Shown here: positions 47,324 to 54,428 of the stretch, in pieces | Numbering within the stretch: the stretch's first letter is position 1 | Layout of the letters: each line of letters opens with the position of its first letter | Assembly: GCA_001929475.1 (NCBI GenBank) | Contig: LXFE01000332.1 | Span: 1 to 54,428, forward strand | DNA length: 54,428 nucleotides | Direction: 5' to 3' | From: Neolecta irregularis DAH-3 | Taxonomy: Eukaryota | Notes under the pieces: generated by a model | Told to the model about the DNA's origin: nothing | The model's database searches: none | The model's input: only the letters and a program-made list of their open reading frames with translations | Made by a program: the position numbers and the translations under genes

Positions 47324-48018
47324 CTAATCTCTCTTGTTAGCTACACGCAGGCACGTATCATCCCCATTTTGATTGCCCGCTTGACAGTTCTCCCTCAAAC
47401 TACATTTCGCATCCGCTCCATAATTAACTCCTATCATTTTTTTCCCATCATTCGACTTATCAAGGGCAATATTCTTCTCCAGCTTTGTTTGGTGATCTTT
47501 GATTGCTGCTACATCAACTTGCCCTTGCGCTTTCTTGATGTCGAGAACGGTCAATTCAAGTTTTCCGACTAGTGAGAATCTAACAACACTCAGACCTTAC
47601 AATTTGAGGACTTTATTTGCTATAAGTCCCCCATAAAGCTCATCATACTTCGGATCCCCGCTTTTCAAGCTTCTATAGTAGTGTTAACAGACATACGAGA
47701 ATAGCAAGATACTTCAACAGCGGAACAAAGCACGAGGTTTCGGCTTCTTCAGCATTCAACCGCTCCTGGTGGATCACCTGAATATCCTCTTGCGACATTT
47801 CCGCAAAGTTTGCCGGGTTAAGATCTACGTCAGCCACCAATAATCCCCTGTGTTATCTTACCTGGAGGTAAAGCAGCCTTGGCTGCTTCTTCAGCATTAC
47901 CAGCTGTACCACAGGAAATTGACATCTCGTTGAATGTTCTTAATGTGAAGGTAGACTGTTTTTGAACCGGCGCAGCCGTGGTAAATGAGTAGATAAAAAG
48001 GACGCTTAAGAATTGCAT
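47324..48018 (-). CDS. Fungal small secreted protein (SIS.G.AGNA / NKVLKL / NIALD family)
   Basis: Signal peptide MQFLSVLFIYSFTTAAP. Four exons. Motifs FNEMSISCGTAGNA, RLNAEEAET, ANKVLKL, KLEKNIALDK. The third intron has an unusual acceptor. Confidence 0.8.
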
Positions 48019-49028
48019 CTTGGCTCTCGAGGATTATTGGAAAGAGATCTGAATAACCGACAAAAGACGAGACGGCCAGCGCAATTGAAAAAGAATAATG
48101 ACATCAATAAGGTGCTCTTTTGCGAGTTTAAATAACCATTTCGGAAGTTGTGTGCCCCGTAAAAACGATCCAGGCGATCTCTAACCTGCACGTACCCATA
48201 TTTGTAATAACAAACTTGACCCGTTAACTGAAACCGTTGCAAAGTTTTAAACTACCGAAGAGGTTGCTCAAGTTTGCCCCCCTTGTCGCATCATGTTATC
48301 CCTGAATCAACAAGGTCCTGGTAGTTTTCCATCAAGTCTTGCTACTACCCGAGCAACTGCACCAGCAGGCTAATCCCACAATTCCTGAAATTGTGTATGC
48401 TAATAGAAGCGAGGATTGTTCCCTTCTAGCTGGTTCCTGAACTCAAATTCCCTTTCAACGATATTAAAACGACCCGCTTTGGCCAATGTCGGTGTAGTGT
48501 ATCTTCTCCCCCTAAAGTCTTTCACTAGGTGAGGATGATCTAAATGCCACTTTATTCACACACTATAAAATGGACTTTTTGCTTCCAGTATCGAAGAGAA
48601 CAAACTAGTGAATTGATCTGTTTCAATGCGTATAAATTTCAAAGAGGCCCAGGAAGCTGGCCAGCCCAGCCCGGCGCGTCATTCAATTGCCTAAAGAGGG
48701 GTTTTAGTGAAACAGCATGACAATCGTCAAGCTGAACTACAGCCTAGGAATAAAGAATGTTTCACTAGAAATAGTGATCATGTGAAGAATTCGAGGGCCT
48801 CCACGTCCAGACAAGAGACTTGCTCAATATGAAATGAAACTAAATAGGGGGAATAACATTTACATTTCACGACTTGAGAAGGGTTAAAGTTAGAGATGAC
48901 ATTGTCTGGTATAGTTTCGTTGTTTTCCTTATAACCAGATAGTGATCCAATGGTCTTTCGCATCCTTAGTCATTATTCATTCTGCTTTTAGCCATTTCGA
49001 ATTTTATAGTCACCTAGAATAGTAAATT

Positions 49029-49700
49029 CTAGTGGTATTCCGCTTCAGGTAGAAAGAAACACATAGCTCTGAACACACAAAGCTGAAAAAATGCATCGTT
49101 GCCTGCATTCCCCATTTTCTCAAGAGTAAAATATCTCATGACATCCTCCTCGGGCCCGTCGAACCACTCCTGACAGATACTTTTTAAATTTCGAAAATGT
49201 CTCAACTGATTTGTCACGCGATCGAGTTTCATGACATCGTAGTTTCGTAATCCGGATAAATCAATTCGTAGTTCATCGAATCGATCGATGTCGTGCTTTC
49301 CATGAAATGTAACAAGACGGACTCGATCGCCCCAATTTGACAACAACTCGCTAATAGCAGTTCGTGCACGATTTAACTGACAGCGATAACTCCTCCCAAA
49401 CCGAAAATAGCACGACTTGTCTTCGTAGTACGAATTATAGCGTGGTTTATTTGAATTGATTATAAAATGACGGGTCTTGAAATTCCAGGTCGACGGTGGG
49501 AGAATGTTCAAGTAGGAAGTGTCGACATAAGAGAGGCCGATTTCGAGAAGCCGTGGGGGTTGGCCCGCGATACTGTCCGACCACTTTGTATTTAAAGAGA
49601 CGAAGACGACATCGCGGTCTTCCCAGTCAGCTCTCGCTCTGCCGAGAGCCGAGAGAGATGAATTCTGAGAAGCATGTCTATATTTTGCCGGAGGAGACAT
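49029..49700 (-). CDS. Gfd2/YDR514C/QIP-like DEDDh RNase H-fold protein, catalytic residues degenerate
   Basis: VVFVSLNTKW, LLEIGLS, RHFII, F.FGRS, LVTFHGKHDI and GNAGNDAFF follow the layout of the QDE-2-interacting-protein-like exonuclease domain. Start uncertain. Confidence 0.72.
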   Translation of the reverse strand: MSPPAKYRHASQNSSLSALGRARADWEDRDVVFVSLNTKWSDSIAGQPPRLLEIGLSYVDTSYLNILPPSTWNFKTRHFIINSNKPRYNSYYEDKSCYFRFGRSYRCQLNRARTAISELLSNWGDRVRLVTFHGKHDIDRFDELRIDLSGLRNYDVMKLDRVTNQLRHFRNLKSICQEWFDGPEEDVMRYFTLEKMGNAGNDAFFQLCVFRAMCFFLPEAEYH

Positions 49701-50091
49701 CTGGGTGGAACGATGCAACGACGTTGGTGGACTTGATTTCAAGTCCAAGCCAGTTTTTAAGGCAGAGGCAAAACCTGATAATAAACAGAGATTATCTTCT
49801 ATACATAAAACAGAGATAATTCACGCCGCGTCCTCCATTCTGACTGAATATCTTGACCTAGCACTCGGATTATTAATTTCTAGTCAAACACAGTCAAACA
49901 CATATATCAAGAGAAAACAATCTAAGGACCACAAGGTTGACGTAATATATCCGCCTTCTACTTCTTTTGGAGCAGAGAGAAGGTTTAAGATCCCATGATT
50001 GGATAAGTGAATAACCCGTTGGTTCCTTGTGTCAACCCTGGCTAAATATGGAAAAGGCCATTTGTCGAATCTTAACCACCGATAAACGTTG

Positions 50092-51560
50092 ATGCCCATC
50101 GGTATTCGACGCATCAACAATACATCACATCACCCAAATGATCGAATCGCCTTTATAAAGCCGCTTGTTCCGATATCGCCCATCGCGGAAGATTATCTCA
50201 AACGCATTGCAGCTATAGTATACCCTTTGATGAAGAATCATGGAATGGACATAATGAGTCTCAATGAATTCGAACCCAACAGGGAATTTCTGGGCCGGTA
50301 ACTCGAAAACCTTCAAGGTTTAATTCCTAAGACTGTTAGAAATTGGAATGCGGGAGAGTGTGTAGAGTTGGTTTTAAAGGATCTGACTGGCAACTGGTTA
50401 CCTTTTAGATTTGTATGCTCTTGTGGGGGGATATGCAGTCTAACCAATTTTTTCTAGGTTCTGAAGTATGCATTAACAAGTTGGAGCTGTCTCATTGAGT
50501 AGTACGATGCTACACGAATTATCTCATATTCAGTATGCATATCAGCTTCTATTTCTTATTAAACGAAAGGGTAATGTCGCATTCGAAAGCGTTTTGGAAT
50601 TTCTATCATGTTTTACGTTCGGAAATGAAAATTCTACTTGATAAGGGCTATACTGGAGAAGGAATCTATGCTCGCGGACATTCGCTTTCGTCGAATGAGA
50701 CATCCGACCATTCCCTTCTTGGTTCCGATATTCCTCAGGTTGTTTGCGGTGGAGTTTATAAAAGGAGTAGAAAGCGGAAGAAGAAGATAAAAGATACCAC
50801 CGGAATCCAACTTGGTGCCGATGAAGATATGAGAAGAGGGATGGAAGGGAAAAGTCATTCCGCCAAGGTCAACCGCCAGGATATACAAAACTTCGTACTG
50901 ACAGATGCAGCCTAGAGTCGCAAAGAGCAAGCGCGGGCGAGATTTAAGGGCTGCCGCCGCCGAAATGAGAGGCCTGGAGGCAGAAATTGAACGAGAGAAT
51001 GAAGAGGATGTCTCTGAAAGGTACGATTTGACTGTGCATGATTTACATGATTTAGGGTCGTTGATGAACAAGATCAGATTAACAAGATGCGAGATGAGAT
51101 GCGAGATATTCTGCGCGGAATGGAACCAAACAAATGTATTCGAGTTGGAAGTGATGTTTGGGATCTTGAAACCTCTCCACTCAAGGGGGACTGCTCAAGA
51201 AATGGAACCGGTTCAATATCTAATCAAGGAACCACGATTTCTATTACGGAGAAGGCAAACAGTCTCTTGAAGCCGGAACAAACACAGAACATCAAACCTG
51301 ACAAGCTTAGTTCTCAAATCAGGGAACCGTCAAAATTATCTCCGATGACTACTTTAGGCACGGCTGTGTCGTGTCATATATGCACAACGCTTCATCAACA
51401 GCCAGTTCCCATGATTTGTTCAATATGCAGTTGCGTATTACGACCAATCATTTCCAAATGTTTCATATGGCAGTGCAAAAATTCCCATTGTCAAAGTATC
51501 GGCTATTTTAATCATATTGATATCGGGGGCTGTGGACTTTGTGGCTCACTGAAGAGGTAG
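50092..51560 (+). CDS. WSS1: WLM-domain (Wss1-like) metalloprotease with C-terminal Cys clusters
   Basis: LKRIAAIVYPLMKNHG, LNEFEPNREFLGRNWNAGECVELVLK, TMLHELSH, HSKAFW, GYTGEG, PRVAKSKRGRDLRAAAA and C-terminal CxxC pairs. Six introns. Confidence 0.85.
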
Positions 51561-51778
51561 AATATATTGAATTCTGTTGAATAGCTGGGCCCGGATTTGA
51601 CCATTTTCTATTCAAATGACTGGAGGGAAGCGAATTGAGTAGTTACTTTTAGGGTTACCGTGACATAAGCTCGAGAGTAGTGAAGCCCAACGTTTTCAAA
51701 GTCCGACGTTGAACATTAAATCCAATCCTTGCTGATTGGGGTCGCTGTCCGCGCTACATTAAACTTGCAAAATCCAAG

Positions 51779-54099
51779 ATGGGCGACCGTAATCTTTATT
51801 CCCATTATCTGTCTGAGTTTTAGGAGGACCTCCACGTGTGAAGAACAAGGCGCCTAATCCTATTCAAATCACAGCAGAACAAGTACGTCTACGAATTTAC
51901 TAAATGTAATTTGGCAAGCTCCTTCGGGAAGCGTTCGAGCGCCGAGAACCAGAGCTTCAAATCCCAAAGCATCGCATTAGCGATCTAGAAGAAGTGTGTT
52001 TCGTTCCCGTGATTATCAAATCTGACTATCAGCTTCAAGAATTCCAGTCACGAAAACGAAGAGAGTTCGAAGATGGCATTCGTCGAAATCGTCTGCAGAT
52101 GGGAAATTGGAAGCGTTATGCTCAGTTTGAAGTCGAGCAGAATGAATTTGCCAGAGCACGATCAGTGTTTGAAAGAGCTCTAGATGTCACATATCAAGAT
52201 ATTCCCCTTTGGTTGGCATACATAGATATGGAGATGAAAAGTCGGAATATCCAACATGCAAGGAATCTTCTGGATCGTGCCGTCACCCTTCTTCCTAGAG
52301 TCGATAAATTTTGGTACAAGTATATCCTTCCGCAAAAGAAAATTGTGCTGATTCTCATAGATATGTTTACTTAGAGGAAACTCTTGGTAATATCGCTGGC
52401 ACTCGACAAGTTTTTGAAAGATGGACTATGTGGGAACCAGATGAAGACGCGTGGAGTGCATATATAAAAATGGAAAAGAGGTACGGTGAATACGGACTCG
52501 CACGAACGATTTTTGAAAAATTCACGATAGTTCACCCAGAGCCCAAAAATTGGATCAAATGGGCGAGATTCGAAGACGATTATGGAACACCAGGTATCTC
52601 ATGTCCTATGACTTCTTACCAATCAGTAGAAAACGTACGCGAAGTTTTCACTCTAGCCATTGACACGCTTGGAGATGAATTCATGGATGAGAAGGTATTC
52701 ATAGCCTACGCCCGCTTCGAAGCGAAGCAAAAAGAATACGAACGAGCCCGTGTGGTCTACAAATATGCACTAGACCGTTTACCTCGAAGTAAAGCCGCTT
52801 CATTATACCGACATTATACAACCTTTGAAAAACAATTTGGCGACACAGACGGTATTGAAGATGTTATTTTAACTAAACGTCGGCTTGCATACGAATCAGA
52901 AATCAAAGACAACCCCAAAAACTTCGATATTTGGTTTGATCTCACACGACTGGAAGAGACTGCTGGAGATGTAACGCGAGTTCGGGAAACTTATGAACGT
53001 GCAATAGCGCAATTACCGCCAAGTCAAGAAAAGAAACATTGGAGGCGGTATATTTACTTATGGCTTAATTACGCCGTTTACGAAGAACTCGAAACAAACG
53101 ATTATCAACGTGCGCGCGAGATTTATCGGGCTTGTATAAAGTTGGTTCCACACAAGATTTTCACGTTTGCAAAGGTGTGGATCGCGTTTGCCTTATTTGA
53201 AATTAGGCGTTTGGATGTATCGGGTGCAAGGAAAATCTTGGGACAAGCAATTGGCATGTGTCCCAAAGAGCGGTTGTTTAAAGGATATGTTGATCTCGAA
53301 ACCCAGGTTTCACCATCTAAGAGATTATGCTAACTATGGTAGCTACGAGAATTTGACAGGTGTCGGATATTGTATCAAAAATATCTCATGTTTCGGCCAG
53401 AGAATTGTTCAGCTTGGATCAAATATGCTGAACTCGAACGGATGCTAGGAGATCTCGATCTTGCTCGACATATTTATGAGCTTGGTCTCAAAATGGAAGA
53501 ACTCGACATGCCCGAGCTCTTATGGAAGGCCTACATTGACTTTGAGTTTGAAGAGGAAGAGTACGATTGTTGTCGGACCTTGTACGAAAGACTCCTCGAA
53601 AAGACTTCCCATGTTAAAGTTTGGATCTCCTTTGCACGCTTTGAAATCAGTCTCGACCTTGAGGATGACAAGGAACGTGCCGAAAACGTTTTCAAGAGAG
53701 CAGAAAAGGAATTTAAAGAGCAGGGGCTAAAGGAAGAGGTATGTTTAGGTGTTTCTGGATATGTTTAATTTATTGTAGAGGGTTGTTCTCATGGAGGCTT
53801 GGCATAAATTTGAACAAGAATGTGGAACACCAGCTGATGTTGTCGAAATCGAGAAACGAATGCCGAAGACTATTTCTAAGAGGCAAAGATTGGATGATGG
53901 TACTTTTGAAGAAGTATGCTTTCCATTTATCTGATGAAATCTGATATTTTAGTATTACGACTACATCTTCCCGATGGATGAAGGTGATCAGCAATCAAAG
54001 ATGTCTAAATTGATGGACGCTGCTGCTGCTTGGAAAGAGAATATGAGAAAGAAACAGGAATCCAGAGCTACTGCTCAGAGTTCGGGCGGTATAAAATAA
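51779..54099 (+). CDS. CLF1: Pre-mRNA splicing factor Clf1/Syf3/Cwf4 (crooked neck), HAT repeats
   Basis: [98 protein letters not shown] and EEYYDYIFP. About 9 exons. TAA at 54097-54099. Confidence 0.96.
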
Positions 54100-54389
54100 T
54101 AATTTACTACATGTACACCATATTAACAAACACTCACTGTACTCCATAAAAGATAATTACTGCTGGTGAAGAATTCCACTCCAATGTAGGCGAGGAATCC
54201 AGATCTATGTCTGCTCGTGAGAAGCCTGTACAATTTAACAGCTTATCCGGGAAGCTTTATTGATAGTCATCAACGATTAGAGTTGTCATGATCGAGGACA
54301 TATGACCGTTGATAGGGCAGCGATGATTCATCTCCGGTATTTTAACATCTCTAGACCTATATTCAGCGTTCCTAACCGACTGGACCAAA

Positions 54390-54428
54390 TAGACGGTCCA
54401 AGTAGACGGTCCAAGTAGACCAGACCAG
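54390..54428. repeat. Short 13-nt tandem repeat (tagacggtccaag) at the window end
   Basis: tagacggtccaag-tagacggtccaag-tagac-cagaccag. Confidence 0.55.

Noticed and set aside
54390-54428. Terminal short repeat as a possible telomere
   Set aside because: Only about 2.5 copies of a 13-mer, truncated by the window edge and not telomere-like.

Overview
Compact, intron-rich fungal (ascomycete) genomic DNA. The gene set (Ima1, an Adg3-like SUN protein, an Lkh1 LAMMER kinase) and tiny introns suggest an early-diverging Taphrinomycotina-like lineage such as Neolecta; this is inference only. I manually modelled about 24 genes: a forkhead TF (runs off the window start), TAM41, IST1, an ArAE/FUSC membrane protein, APS2, RKR1/LTN1, a SUN/GH132 GPI protein, three F-box-like proteins, an acetoacetate-decarboxylase-like protein, BNA7, DAP1, TRZ1, an EEP/sphingomyelinase-like enzyme, a 4-TM protein, MIS12, a LAMMER kinase, IMA1, an orphan microgene, a Myb-repeat protein, stomatin-like protein 2, a small secreted protein, a DEDDh/QIP-like protein, a WSS1-like protease and CLF1. 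There are also three non-autonomous DNA transposons, one a hAT with a perfect 8-bp TSD. The strongest unusual signal is the splicing system: roughly 90 introns of about 32-46 nt with degenerate donors, four GC-AG introns, frequent GAG/AAG acceptors, 5- and 8-nt microexons, and two introns whose frame and homology point to a non-canonical CGG 3' splice site (or alternatively 21-nt introns). Other highlights are an antisense CDS overlap between BNA7 and DAP1, a candidate CUG-initiated mitochondrial isoform of tRNase Z, an apparently mitochondrion-targeted Myb protein with 50-aa repeats, and two enzymes with substituted catalytic residues. All gene models are by eye and unvalidated by transcript data.
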